A program made the translations under genes and the position numbers. DNA of 64,000 nt from the NCBI RefSeq assembly GCF_000026545.1, contig NC_011601.1. One strand, written 5' to 3'. Shown one piece after another: positions 23,159-33,412 of this stretch. Source of the DNA: Escherichia coli O127:H6 str. E2348/69 (GTDB lineage Bacteria; Pseudomonadota; Gammaproteobacteria; Enterobacterales; Enterobacteriaceae). The notes under the pieces were generated by a model. That model worked only from the letters and a program-made list of their open reading frames with translations. It was not told where the DNA came from and did no database searches. How positions within the stretch are numbered: the stretch's first letter is position 1; every line of letters starts with the position of its first letter.

Positions 23159-24275
23159 TTTATTATTCCCCATCATATCGATGGTACTGTTGGTGTTAGC
23201 CGAAGCAGGCGTGTTGCAATTCACCGGGCGGCAAAAAGTGGACTGGCTGGACGTTATTTTTAATATCAACTCCGGTCATATGATGCTGTGGTTATTTCGC
23301 TGCCTGGAAGTGCTCTGCTATGGACTGGTGATCAATCACTTCAGCCTTGGACTGTTTGATAATGCACCGGTGATCCTGCTGTGGTTGTTTACTATCCTGG
23401 CGTGGGATTTCGGCTTTTACTGGCTACATCGCTGGCATCACGAAATGCGCCCGCTGTGGGCGGTACATGTGGTGCATCATCAGGGGGAACACTACAACCT
23501 GTCATTAGGCGTGCGGAATTCGTGGTACTCCTCGTTAACCTCAATCCCGTTTTTTATGCTGCTGGCGATGCTTGGTGTGCCGTTGCAGATCTTTTTGGCG
23601 GTTTCTATTATTCACTATAGTTGGCAATTTTTTAACCATAACGCACTAACGCCGAAACTGGGCTGGCTGGAAAAAGTGCTGATCACGCCTTCGCATCATC
23701 GCGTCCATCATCTGAATCAAAAGCAATATGCCGATACCAATTACGGTGGCACCTTTTTGTTGTGGGATAAACTTTTCGGTTCGTATAGTGCCGGGCCGGA
23801 ATACGACGTAGGCTACGGCGTAAAAAATAGTCGCTTGTCCTGTAACCCGATGCGCGAGAGTAATCTGCCATTTTTACGCTTAATGGGCTTTCGCTCATTT
23901 GGCAAAGCGATTGAAGGTCGCTACCAGAGTTCTCCATGGGCGGTAGGGGCAGGGGTGATCCTGCTGTTTATGCTGGTGCTTGGCTACATTCAACAATATG
24001 GCTATGGCATTGAGTTTATTACCAGCGAGCAAGCCGTATTATTTGTTCTGCTGGCGGCAGGCTCCGTTGCGCTGGGGGGCATGAGCGACGGGCAGCATTG
24101 GGGTATGATTTTGTGGTGCTCTGTGACGTTGTCACTGCTCTATTTTATTGTCTATATGTGTTCATGGAGTACTCTGCTCTGGAAGGGATTAGTGGGTATT
24201 CTGCTGGCCCATTGCCTGTTATTTGTAATCGGCGTAGGACGTAAATCGCTAAGGAAACAGTATGAACCTGTTTAA
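23151..24275 (+). CDS. Fatty acid hydroxylase/sterol desaturase superfamily membrane protein
   Basis: Histidine boxes HRWHH, HVVHH, HHRVHH in polytopic membrane protein. Confidence 0.7.
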   Translation: MSDLLFPIISMVLLVLAEAGVLQFTGRQKVDWLDVIFNINSGHMMLWLFRCLEVLCYGLVINHFSLGLFDNAPVILLWLFTILAWDFGFYWLHRWHHEMRPLWAVHVVHHQGEHYNLSLGVRNSWYSSLTSIPFFMLLAMLGVPLQIFLAVSIIHYSWQFFNHNALTPKLGWLEKVLITPSHHRVHHLNQKQYADTNYGGTFLLWDKLFGSYSAGPEYDVGYGVKNSRLSCNPMRESNLPFLRLMGFRSFGKAIEGRYQSSPWAVGAGVILLFMLVLGYIQQYGYGIEFITSEQAVLFVLLAAGSVALGGMSDGQHWGMILWCSVTLSLLYFIVYMCSWSTLLWKGLVGILLAHCLLFVIGVGRKSLRKQYEPV

Positions 24276-25353
24276 TCCCGACAGGTTAATCACTTTTCCT
24301 GCCGATGATCCGCAACTGGTGAAGCAGCTGCAAAGCGGTACGAAAGTTTATCTGGCGAAATCAGGCGATCATCGGTATGCCGACGGCTGGGCATTCGCCA
24401 AAATGGCGGCGTTGATTATTGCTTGTTTCTCCTGTTACTTACTGGCGTTGTTTCAACGTCAATGGGGACTGTATCTGTTGTGGTATCTCGCGATGATGTT
24501 TTGCGCCATGTTGTTAGCGGTCAATGTGGTGCATGACGCTTCGCATGATGCGTTTTTGCGTGGTAAAAAGACCAATGCCCGACTTAACCGGTGGGTTGCT
24601 TTTCCTATGGGGCTAGATCCGGACTGCTGGCGGGTGCGCCACGTTCGCTTTCATCACGGCTTTACCAATATTGAATTTTACGATCCGGACACCGCAGAAA
24701 ATGGCATTCTTCGCCAGACGCCGTGGCAACGGTGGCGACCTTTTATGCGCCAGCAACATCGCTATTGGCCACTGGTCGCCGCGCTCACCTTTCCCTGGTA
24801 TATCTGGGTAGTGGACTGGCTCGATCGCGCAGGGTTTACGCCGGTCACGCGACATCTGGCCCTGCGAGGCTTTGCTGGCTGGGGATATTTCTTAGCCGGG
24901 AAACTGGCGCATTGTGCGCTGTGTCTGATACTTCCCTGGCTTTTGTCTGATTTTAGTTTTATGACCATCCTGCTGACTTATCTGCTCAGCCAGCTGCTGG
25001 CGTCATTGATTTTTGTGACGTTGATTATTGGAACGCACTGGGCGAAGGGACATACGCAGTTACCACCAGAAGAGGGCAAAATGCCCGTGGGCAGACTGGC
25101 GCATACCTTTGTTACCACCTTTGACTGGACGCCGCAACCTGCATGGCTTGGCTACTGGCTGGGCGGGATTAATCTGCACCTTACCCATCATCTGTTTCCT
25201 CACTGGCATCATCGCCATTATCCGGCGCTAAGCCGCATTATTGCACAAATTGCCAGCCAGCAAGGTCTGGATTATCAGTTGTTGACGTTAGCGGATTTGT
25301 TGAGGCTACAGCAGCAGTTTTTACGGCAAATGGGGGAGAAGCCGAAGGCTTGA
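24262..25353 (+). CDS. Membrane fatty-acid desaturase family protein
   Basis: Histidine boxes HDASHD, HVRFHH, HHLFPHWHH. Confidence 0.7.
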   Translation: MNLFNPDRLITFPADDPQLVKQLQSGTKVYLAKSGDHRYADGWAFAKMAALIIACFSCYLLALFQRQWGLYLLWYLAMMFCAMLLAVNVVHDASHDAFLRGKKTNARLNRWVAFPMGLDPDCWRVRHVRFHHGFTNIEFYDPDTAENGILRQTPWQRWRPFMRQQHRYWPLVAALTFPWYIWVVDWLDRAGFTPVTRHLALRGFAGWGYFLAGKLAHCALCLILPWLLSDFSFMTILLTYLLSQLLASLIFVTLIIGTHWAKGHTQLPPEEGKMPVGRLAHTFVTTFDWTPQPAWLGYWLGGINLHLTHHLFPHWHHRHYPALSRIIAQIASQQGLDYQLLTLADLLRLQQQFLRQMGEKPKA

Positions 25354-25369
25354 TAATGGAATCAAGTGA

Positions 25370-25454
<85 letters not shown>

Positions 25455-25613
25455 ACGGGGTAATGCTTTTTACTGGCCTGCTCCCTTATCGGGAAGCGGG
25501 GCGCATCATATCAAATGACGCGCCGCTGTAAAGTGTTACGTTGAGAAAAATGAACTGGTTGCGTAATTTTCATCCGTAACGGATTAAAGGTAACCAGTTA
25601 TTTTTGCTGGCGA

Positions 25614-26456
25614 TTAAAGAATAATCGTCCGATTACCGTAAACAAAGACGCGCTGCGCCAGTACTTTGTATAGCGCACGACTTAAGACGTTTTTCTCGAC
25701 GTCACGACCTGCGCGCATCATATCTTCAGCTGTGTAGGTATGATCGACATGAATAACGTCCTGCATGATGATTGGGCCTTCGTCCAGATTGTCATTCACA
25801 TAGTGAGCGGTTGCGCCAATAATCTTCACGCCACGCTCATAGGCCTGGTGATAAGGACGTGCGCCGATAAACGCTGGCAGGAATGAATGGTGAATATTGA
25901 TGATCTTATTCGGGAAGCGTGCCACAAATTCCGGCGTTAATACCCGCATATACTTCGCCAGCACCACATAGTCAGGTTGATAAGCATCAATGGCATCCGC
26001 CATCTTTTGATCGTGCTCGTTGCGGCTTAACCCTTCATGGCTTACCAGCTCAAACGGAATATCAAAACGCTCAACCAGAGAACGTAAAGTATCGTGGTTA
26101 CCAATAACTGCCGCGATTTCGACATCCAGGCCGCCGTAATTGGCTTTCATCAACAAATCGCCAAGGCAATGCGCTTCTTTAGTGACCAGAATCACTATCC
26201 GGCGACGACCGGCAGGATTCAGCTCACGCACGGAGCCTTCTGGCAATGCGCTATCGAGATCCGCCAGCAGGGTGGAATCATTAAAAATCCCTTCCAGTTC
26301 CGTGCGCATAAAAAAGCGCCCGGTACGATGATCTACAAATTCATTGTTCTGCACGATATTTAACTCGTGCTTGTAGCAAATATTGGTAATACGTGCGATC
26401 AGACCTTTTTGGTCCGGACAAATAGTACGCAGAACTTTACGTTGGAGTGAATGCAT
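25614..26456 (-). CDS. purU: Formyltetrahydrofolate deformylase
   Basis: 280 aa, N-terminal ACT domain plus formyltransferase domain. Confidence 0.95.
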   Translation of the reverse strand: MHSLQRKVLRTICPDQKGLIARITNICYKHELNIVQNNEFVDHRTGRFFMRTELEGIFNDSTLLADLDSALPEGSVRELNPAGRRRIVILVTKEAHCLGDLLMKANYGGLDVEIAAVIGNHDTLRSLVERFDIPFELVSHEGLSRNEHDQKMADAIDAYQPDYVVLAKYMRVLTPEFVARFPNKIINIHHSFLPAFIGARPYHQAYERGVKIIGATAHYVNDNLDEGPIIMQDVIHVDHTYTAEDMMRAGRDVEKNVLSRALYKVLAQRVFVYGNRTIIL

Positions 26457-26505
26457 TGCTGGAAAAACCTTGTTGAGAGTGTTTGCTAAACCGTACCGTC
26501 AACCA

Positions 26506-26964
26506 TTATTGGCCGCAGCACTTTTTAAATTTTTTACCTGAACCACAAGGGCAGGGATCGTTGCGGCCAAACTGCGGACGTGTACCGTCAATATAGTACC
26601 ATTGACCGTTTTCTTTCAAAAATCGCGAACGTTCAATTATTGCACCTGTTTTGCCACCCTCGGTAAATCGAGCAACAAAACTGACAAATCCGATATTGCC
26701 GCCGTCCTGCCAGCAATGTTCAAATACGGTCAAGCCCAACCATTCAGTATGCGCAAATCCGGCAATCAATTCGGCACGTAACGCCGCTGCTCCACAAGAT
26801 GGATGCCAGGTCTTTATTAAATAATCTGCGTCTTGCATCACAAAAGCGCAGTAACGCGAACGCATGAGATGTTCTGGATCAGGTGCAACCTTTTCACCAG
26901 ACACATAAGGGTGGCAACATAGGCTATACTCGACAGCACTACCACAGGGACAAAGCTGAGACAC
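26506..26964 (-). CDS. ychJ: UPF0225/SEC-C motif protein YchJ
   Basis: SQLCPCGS and C-terminal [13 protein letters not shown] motifs; start placed at GTG 26964. Confidence 0.85.
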   Translation of the reverse strand: MSQLCPCGSAVEYSLCCHPYVSGEKVAPDPEHLMRSRYCAFVMQDADYLIKTWHPSCGAAALRAELIAGFAHTEWLGLTVFEHCWQDGGNIGFVSFVARFTEGGKTGAIIERSRFLKENGQWYYIDGTRPQFGRNDPCPCGSGKKFKKCCGQ

Positions 26965-27076
26965 AAATAATCTCCCTGGAAACAATAACGGCGTATTAAC
27001 CGCCTGAGTAGCACTATGTTAACCGAGCAGTAGCGATGTGGCTACGATTGCATTCCAGGGGAATCTTGCGGGAATA

Positions 27077-27982
27077 ATGAGAAAGATAAAAATAGGGCTG
27101 GCGCTGGGATCTGGCGCGGCAAGAGGTTGGTCGCATATTGGCGTAATTAATGCGCTAAAAAAAGTGGGTATTGAAATTGATATCGTTGCAGGATGTTCAA
27201 TTGGTTCGCTGGTGGGCGCTGCCTATGCATGCGATCGATTATCTGCGCTGGAAGATTGGGTGACCTCTTTCAGTTATTGGGATGTTTTACGCCTGATGGA
27301 TCTCTCCTGGCAGCGCGGTGGGTTACTGCGCGGCGAGCGTGTCTTCAATCAATATCGCGAAATAATGCCGGAAACAGAGATCGAAAATTGTTCCCGTCGC
27401 TTCGCGGCTGTTGCCACCAATTTAAGTACTGGGCGTGAATTATGGTTTACTGAAGGCGATCTCCATCTTGCTATTCGTGCATCATGCAGTATTCCAGGAC
27501 TAATGGCACCCGTTGCGCATAACGGCTACTGGCTGGTTGATGGCGCTGTAGTTAACCCAATTCCTATTTCCCTCACGCGTGCATTGGGGGCTGATATTGT
27601 GATAGCGGTCGACCTGCAGCACGATGCTCATTTGATGCAACAAGATTTGCTCTCCTTTAATGTCAGTGAAGAAAATAGCGAGAATGGTGATTCTCTGCCG
27701 TGGCATGCGCGTCTGAAAGAAAGGTTGGGCAGCATAACGACACGTCGGGCGGTGACAGCGCCAACGGCAACAGAGATTATGACCACTTCTATCCAGGTGC
27801 TGGAGAACCGCCTTAAAAGGAACCGCATGGCAGGTGATCCGCCCGATATTCTGATTCAACCTGTTTGCCCGCAAATATCTACGCTTGATTTCCATCGCGC
27901 GCACGCTGCCATTGCGGCCGGGCAGCTGGCAGTGGAAAAGAAAATGGACGAACTTTTGCCGTTGGTACGCACCAACATTTGA
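27077..27982 (+). CDS. rssA: Patatin-like phospholipase RssA
   Basis: GxSxG lipase motif (GCSIGS), MRKIKIGLALGSGAARGW N-terminus. Confidence 0.9.
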   Translation: MRKIKIGLALGSGAARGWSHIGVINALKKVGIEIDIVAGCSIGSLVGAAYACDRLSALEDWVTSFSYWDVLRLMDLSWQRGGLLRGERVFNQYREIMPETEIENCSRRFAAVATNLSTGRELWFTEGDLHLAIRASCSIPGLMAPVAHNGYWLVDGAVVNPIPISLTRALGADIVIAVDLQHDAHLMQQDLLSFNVSEENSENGDSLPWHARLKERLGSITTRRAVTAPTATEIMTTSIQVLENRLKRNRMAGDPPDILIQPVCPQISTLDFHRAHAAIAAGQLAVEKKMDELLPLVRTNI

Positions 27983-28073
27983 CCAGAATTTTTATCTACA
28001 CTTAAGTTAATTCTGACAGGCGTAGGTGGCAATAGCGTGCCACTATTGAGTAAAGCCAGTCAGGGGAGAGAAC

Positions 28074-29087
28074 ATGACGCAGCCATTGGTCGGAAAACAG
28101 ATTCTCATTGTTGAAGATGAGCAGGTATTTCGCTCGCTTCTGGATTCGTGGTTTTCCTCATTGGGAGCGACAACGGTACTGGCGGCTGATGGGGTGGATG
28201 CCCTTGAGTTGCTGGGAGGTTTCACTCCAGACCTGATGATATGTGATATCGCGATGCCACGAATGAACGGGCTTAAACTGCTGGAACATATACGCAACAG
28301 AGGTGACCAGACACCAGTTCTGGTGATATCTGCCACTGAAAATATGGCAGATATTGCCAAAGCGTTACGTCTGGGCGTTGAAGATGTTTTGCTGAAACCG
28401 GTTAAAGATCTGAATCGCTTGCGCGAGATGGTTTTTGCCTGTCTCTATCCCAGCATGTTTAATTCCCGCGTTGAGGAAGAGGAAAGGCTTTTTCGCGACT
28501 GGGATGCAATGGTTGATAACCCTGCTGCAGCGGCGAAATTATTACAGGAACTACAACCGCCAGTTCAGCAGGTGATTTCCCAATGTCGGGTTAATTATCG
28601 TCAATTAGTTGCCGCGGACAAACCCGGCCTGGTGCTTGATATTGCCGCACTTTCGGAAAACGATCTGGCATTTTATTGCCTTGATGTCACCCGAGCTGGA
28701 CATAATGGCGTACTTGCTGCCTTGTTATTACGCGCATTGTTTAACGGATTATTACAGGAACAGCTTGCACACCAAAATCAACGGTTGCCAGAGTTGGGCG
28801 CGTTATTGAAGCAGGTAAACCATTTACTCCGTCAGGCCAATCTGCCGGGGCAGTTTCCGCTATTAGTTGGCTATTATCATCGCGAACTGAAAAATCTCAT
28901 TCTGGTTTCTGCGGGTCTGAATGCGACGTTAAATACCGGCGAACATCAGGTGCAAATCAGTAATGGTGTTCCGTTAGGCACTTTAGGTAACGCTTATTTG
29001 AATCAATTGAGCCAGCGATGCGATGCCTGGCAATGCCAAATATGGGGAACCGGTGGTCGGCTGCGCTTGATGTTGTCTGCAGAATGA
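28074..29087 (+). CDS. rssB: RpoS proteolysis adaptor response regulator RssB
   Basis: 337 aa, N-terminal REC domain (ILIVEDE...D), conserved context. Confidence 0.95.
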   Translation: MTQPLVGKQILIVEDEQVFRSLLDSWFSSLGATTVLAADGVDALELLGGFTPDLMICDIAMPRMNGLKLLEHIRNRGDQTPVLVISATENMADIAKALRLGVEDVLLKPVKDLNRLREMVFACLYPSMFNSRVEEEERLFRDWDAMVDNPAAAAKLLQELQPPVQQVISQCRVNYRQLVAADKPGLVLDIAALSENDLAFYCLDVTRAGHNGVLAALLLRALFNGLLQEQLAHQNQRLPELGALLKQVNHLLRQANLPGQFPLLVGYYHRELKNLILVSAGLNATLNTGEHQVQISNGVPLGTLGNAYLNQLSQRCDAWQCQIWGTGGRLRLMLSAE

Positions 29088-29288
29088 GCAAACGATAACA
29101 CGGGCTAAATTTGCATTACCTGCTAATGTCAGCTGGTGGTACTATCGTCGCCATTCGTATAAGTAATTGTCTTAATTATGCTAACTCGCCTCCTTTTCAG
29201 AACTTAGCCCCTTCGGGGTGCTGATATACTGGGATGCGATACAGAAATATGAACACGTTCAAAACACGAACAGTCCAGGAGAATTTAA

Positions 29289-30197
29289 ATGGCTGCCATT
29301 AATACGAAAGTCAAAAAAGCCGTTATCCCCGTAGCGGGATTAGGAACCAGGATGTTGCCGGCGACGAAAGCCATCCCGAAAGAGATGCTGCCACTTGTCG
29401 ATAAGCCATTAATTCAATACGTCGTGAATGAATGTATTGCGGCTGGCATTACTGAAATTGTGCTGGTTACTCACTCATCTAAAAACTCTATTGAAAACCA
29501 CTTTGATACCAGTTTTGAACTGGAAGCAATGCTGGAAAAACGTGTAAAACGTCAACTGCTTGATGAAGTGCAGTCTATTTGTCCGCCGCACGTGACTATT
29601 ATGCAAGTTCGTCAGGGGCTGGCGAAAGGCCTGGGACACGCGGTATTGTGTGCTCACCCGGTAGTGGGTGATGAACCTGTGGCTGTTATTTTGCCTGACG
29701 TTATTCTGGATGAATATGAATCCGATTTATCACAGGATAACCTGGCAGAGATGATCCGCCGCTTTGATGAAACGGGTCATAGCCAGATCATGGTTGAACC
29801 GGTTGCTGATGTGACCGCATATGGCGTTGTGGATTGCAAAGGCGTTGAATTAGCGCCGGGTGAAAGCGTACCGATGGTTGGCGTGGTTGAAAAACCAAAA
29901 GCGGATGTTGCGCCGTCTAATCTCGCTATTGTGGGTCGTTACGTACTTAGCGCGGATATTTGGCCGTTGCTGGCAAAAACCCCTCCTGGAGCTGGTGATG
30001 AAATTCAGCTCACTGACGCAATTGATATGCTGATCGAAAAAGAAACGGTTGAAGCCTATCATATGAAAGGGAAGAGCCATGACTGCGGTAATAAATTAGG
30101 TTACATGCAGGCCTTCGTTGAATACGGTATTCGTCATAACACCCTTGGCACGGAATTTAAAGCCTGGCTTGAAGAAGAGATGGGCATTAAGAAGTAA
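29289..30197 (+). CDS. galU: UTP-glucose-1-phosphate uridylyltransferase
   Basis: 302 aa, [26 protein letters not shown] motif. Confidence 0.95.
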
Positions 30198-30291
30198 CAT
30201 CCGTATCGGTGTTTTCCACGAAACGGTGTTGAGCAATCGACGCCGTTTTTTTATAGCTTATTCTTATTATATTGTCTTAAACCGGACAATA

Positions 30292-30318
30292 AAAAATCCC
30301 GCCGATGGCGGGATTTTT
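30292..30318. terminator. Bidirectional terminator between galU and hns
   Basis: AAATCCCGCC-gatg-GCGGGATTT hairpin flanked by A/T runs. Confidence 0.7.
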
Positions 30319-30340
30319 AGCATGTGCAATCTACAAAAGA

Positions 30341-30754
30341 TTATTGCTTGATCAGGAAATCGTCGAGGGATTTACCTTGCTCATCCATTGCTTTTTTGAT
30401 TACAGCTGGAGTACGGCCCTGGCCAGTCCAGGTTTTAGTTTCGCCGTTTTCGTCAACGTAGCTATATTTTGCCGGACGCTGAGCACGCTTAGCTTTGGTG
30501 CCAGATTTAACGGCAGCAAGGCTATTCAGCAGTTCGTTCGGGTCAATACCGTCAGCGATCAGCATTTCGCGATATTGCTGCAGTTTACGAGTGCGCTCTT
30601 CAACTTCAGCAGCAGCCGCGCTTTCTTCTTCGCGACGTTCGTTAACAACAACTTCTAATTTTTCCAGCATTTCTTCCAGCGTTTCAAGTGTACATTCTCT
30701 TGCCTGCGCACGAAGAGTACGGATGTTGTTCAGAATTTTAAGTGCTTCGCTCAT
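30341..30754 (-). CDS. hns: Nucleoid-associated protein H-NS
   Basis: 137 aa, [36 protein letters not shown]. Confidence 0.97.
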
Positions 30755-31357
30755 TGTAGTAATCTCAAACTTATATTGGGGTGGTTTGTTGAGGTAATAA
30801 TAGAGCCTTAAATTCAGTTGTGCAATAGCCAGGAATGTAAGGAATTCAAAATTGTTCTTTATTTTGTGCCGCCAATAATTATCTTTTCATAAAATTAGCC
30901 AGAAAAGACGCGGCATATAGCCCTATTTGCACCGATGATTTCGCAGCACGTGAGGTTAAAACTTCCTGATTCATGTCACATTTTATGGGGAGATAATCGT
31001 AGGCTGACGACCTTTCAGTCTTCTGTATTAGTCGTGTTTACGAGAATTCCCTATTAAGCGAATGATGAAAAGTAGAACAGTCGCAATAAGAGCAGGGACT
31101 TAGTATTGCACTATCTCCTGGAGGTCAACAGAGGGCTATTACATGCGCAACAGGTTAAAGATTGTGAATAGTTACCGGCAGTCATTTACCCGCTTATAAC
31201 AAGCGAGGCAGTTGTAATGATAGCTCAGAAGGATTATGCAAGGCTTCGTAAGGGAGAACGCATATACCACTTCTGTGCATACTATTGAGCTGAAAAACTG
31301 ACGAATTATGATAAACTCCAGCCAACTTTATTTCATATCATTGAGGGCCTGTGGTTG

Positions 31358-31975
31358 ATGGCACAGCTATATTTCTACTATTCCGCAATGAATGCGGGTA
31401 AGTCTACAGCATTGTTGCAATCTTCATACAATTACCAGGAACGCGGCATGCGCACTGTCGTATATACGGCAGAAATTGATGATCGCTTTGGTGCCGGGAA
31501 AGTCAGTTCGCGTATAGGCTTGTCATCGCCTGCAAAATTATTTAACCAAAATTCATCATTATTTGATGAGATTCGTGCGGAACATGAACAGCAGGCAATT
31601 CATTGCGTACTGGTTGATGAATGCCAGTTTTTAACCAGACAACAAGTATATGAATTATCGGAGGTTGTCGATCAACTCGATATACCCGTACTTTGTTATG
31701 GTTTACGTACCGATTTTCGAGGTGAATTATTTATTGGCAGTCAATACTTACTGGCATGGTCCGACAAACTGGTTGAATTAAAAACCATCTGTTTTTGTGG
31801 CCGTAAAGCAAGCATGGTGCTGCGTCTTGATCAAGCAGGCAGACCTTATAACGAAGGTGAGCAGGTGGTTATTGGTGGTAATGAACGCTACGTTTCTGTA
31901 TGCCGTAAACACTATAAAGAGGCGTTAGAAGTCGGCTCATTAACGGCTATTCAGGAAAGGCATCGCCACGATTAA
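31358..31975 (+). CDS. tdk: Thymidine kinase
   Basis: [21 protein letters not shown]-loop N-terminus and C-terminal zinc ribbon. Confidence 0.95.
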
Positions 31976-31986
31976 TAAGAATTTCT

Positions 31987-33287
31987 TTACTGACAGGTTG
32001 AGCAGGGCGCTTTTATCCTGTCAGTTCGTTTTACGCACTTCTTCCGGGCTATACACCCTTCTCGGCAGTTTTTTAACGCCGCTATACGCCTCACAGAGCG
32101 CTGTAACCTGTAAAGTACAATATCGCTGTGTGTAGGCGTTATACATCGTCGCAAATATGATGAAGGACAATGCTGCCGGTTTATGGAAAAGTTCTTTTGG
32201 GAAAACAAAAAACGGCCCCAGAAGGGGTAATGCCAGTCAGTTAAGCAACTGACTGGCTCTTTTTCGGGGCTGTGGGGTATTTCCAGGGCCTCTCCTTTAC
32301 CACTCTCGGGAAGGCCCTTTCCCTTCTTGTCGGTAATTTCACTAGTTGTCCCATACTTGCAAGATCGCGCATCAGCTCCGGTATACGTCCCGGTGAAGCG
32401 CATGGCGTCCGTCATCGATGTCAGCAGATGGCAGACTTTTCCTTTGCGCGTCACGGTCAGCAGGCGGGCTGTCACCTCATTTCCCAGTCCCGGCCACTTT
32501 TTTCGTGCCTGCGGGCTGGTTTTCAGCTTCACCAGATGATCGCCTTTACCCAGTTTTCTGATCTCTTCATATTGCGCTCCCTTTCTGAGAGGGAACATCC
32601 AGTGGCGGTGTTCTCCCGCCAGGCTCCAGGTATTTAACAGTCCTGGTGAGTAATAACCTTTATTCATTAACGTCAGGGTGTTATCGCCGGTTTGTTCTAT
32701 AAGTTGCTCAGCAAGCTCATTTCCGCTGTTCTTCATCGTGCCGAAGGCTGCAGTCGTCAGCAGATGGCTGGTCAGTTCCATCTGGCAGACCATTTTGACC
32801 TGCGGGTAGAGCGCCGGGTTCCCGGCATGTGTCTGGCGGGGGAAGGCTGCATCGTTCTCTGGTGTATCCGGTGTGCGCCAGAACACACCATCGATGGCCA
32901 GCAGGGTCAGGCCGCACCAGTGCGGATGCGGCGTGGCGTTATGCCAGAGCTGCGCTGTTTTCGTGAACACGCGGCGGACAGCCTCAATTCCCAGACGCTA
33001 GCGGGTCTGAATAACGGCACTGGGGCAACGAAGGGGCGATTGCCCGGCAGCATGATGTCCAGGCGATTCACAATCTGGTGAAGAGGTTCTTTACGCTCAA
33101 GCGCCATGCCAACAATACACCAGACCATCATTTCGAGGGGAAGACGGCGCTTGCGTAGCGTTACAGTACCTGATTCGGCAAGGCAACGAGAGATGAGTTC
33201 GGGGTCGAGGTAATCCCCCAGAGAAGTCAGTGGGTTACGCAGAGAATCGTAACGGGATACCAAACCAAGGGCCTGTCCAATGAGCAT
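31987..33287 (-). pseudogene. insZ: IS4-family transposase, disrupted (two ORF fragments; the distal fragment reads through the left inverted repeat into flanking DNA)
   Basis: ORFs 32907-33287 (N-terminal part) and 31987-32970 (DDE-domain part) are in different frames; resembles the insZ pseudogene between tdk and adhE. Confidence 0.6.
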
Positions 33288-33388
33288 AAAAAAATCCGGA
33301 AACGAGTGAGCGTTTCCGGATTCTTACACAGCCACTGGAGCGGTCAACTGATCCTTAACTGACTGGCATTACCCCAGAAGGGGCCGTT
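32211..33388. mobile_element. Degenerate IS4-family insertion sequence remnant with imperfect terminal inverted repeats
   Basis: 35-bp ends AACGGCCCCAGAAGGGGTAATGCCAGTCAGTTAAG (32211-32245) and its near reverse complement (33354-33388), 31/35 match; internal transposase is split. Confidence 0.7.
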
Positions 33389-33412
33389 TATGTTGCCAGA
33401 CAGCGCTACTGA

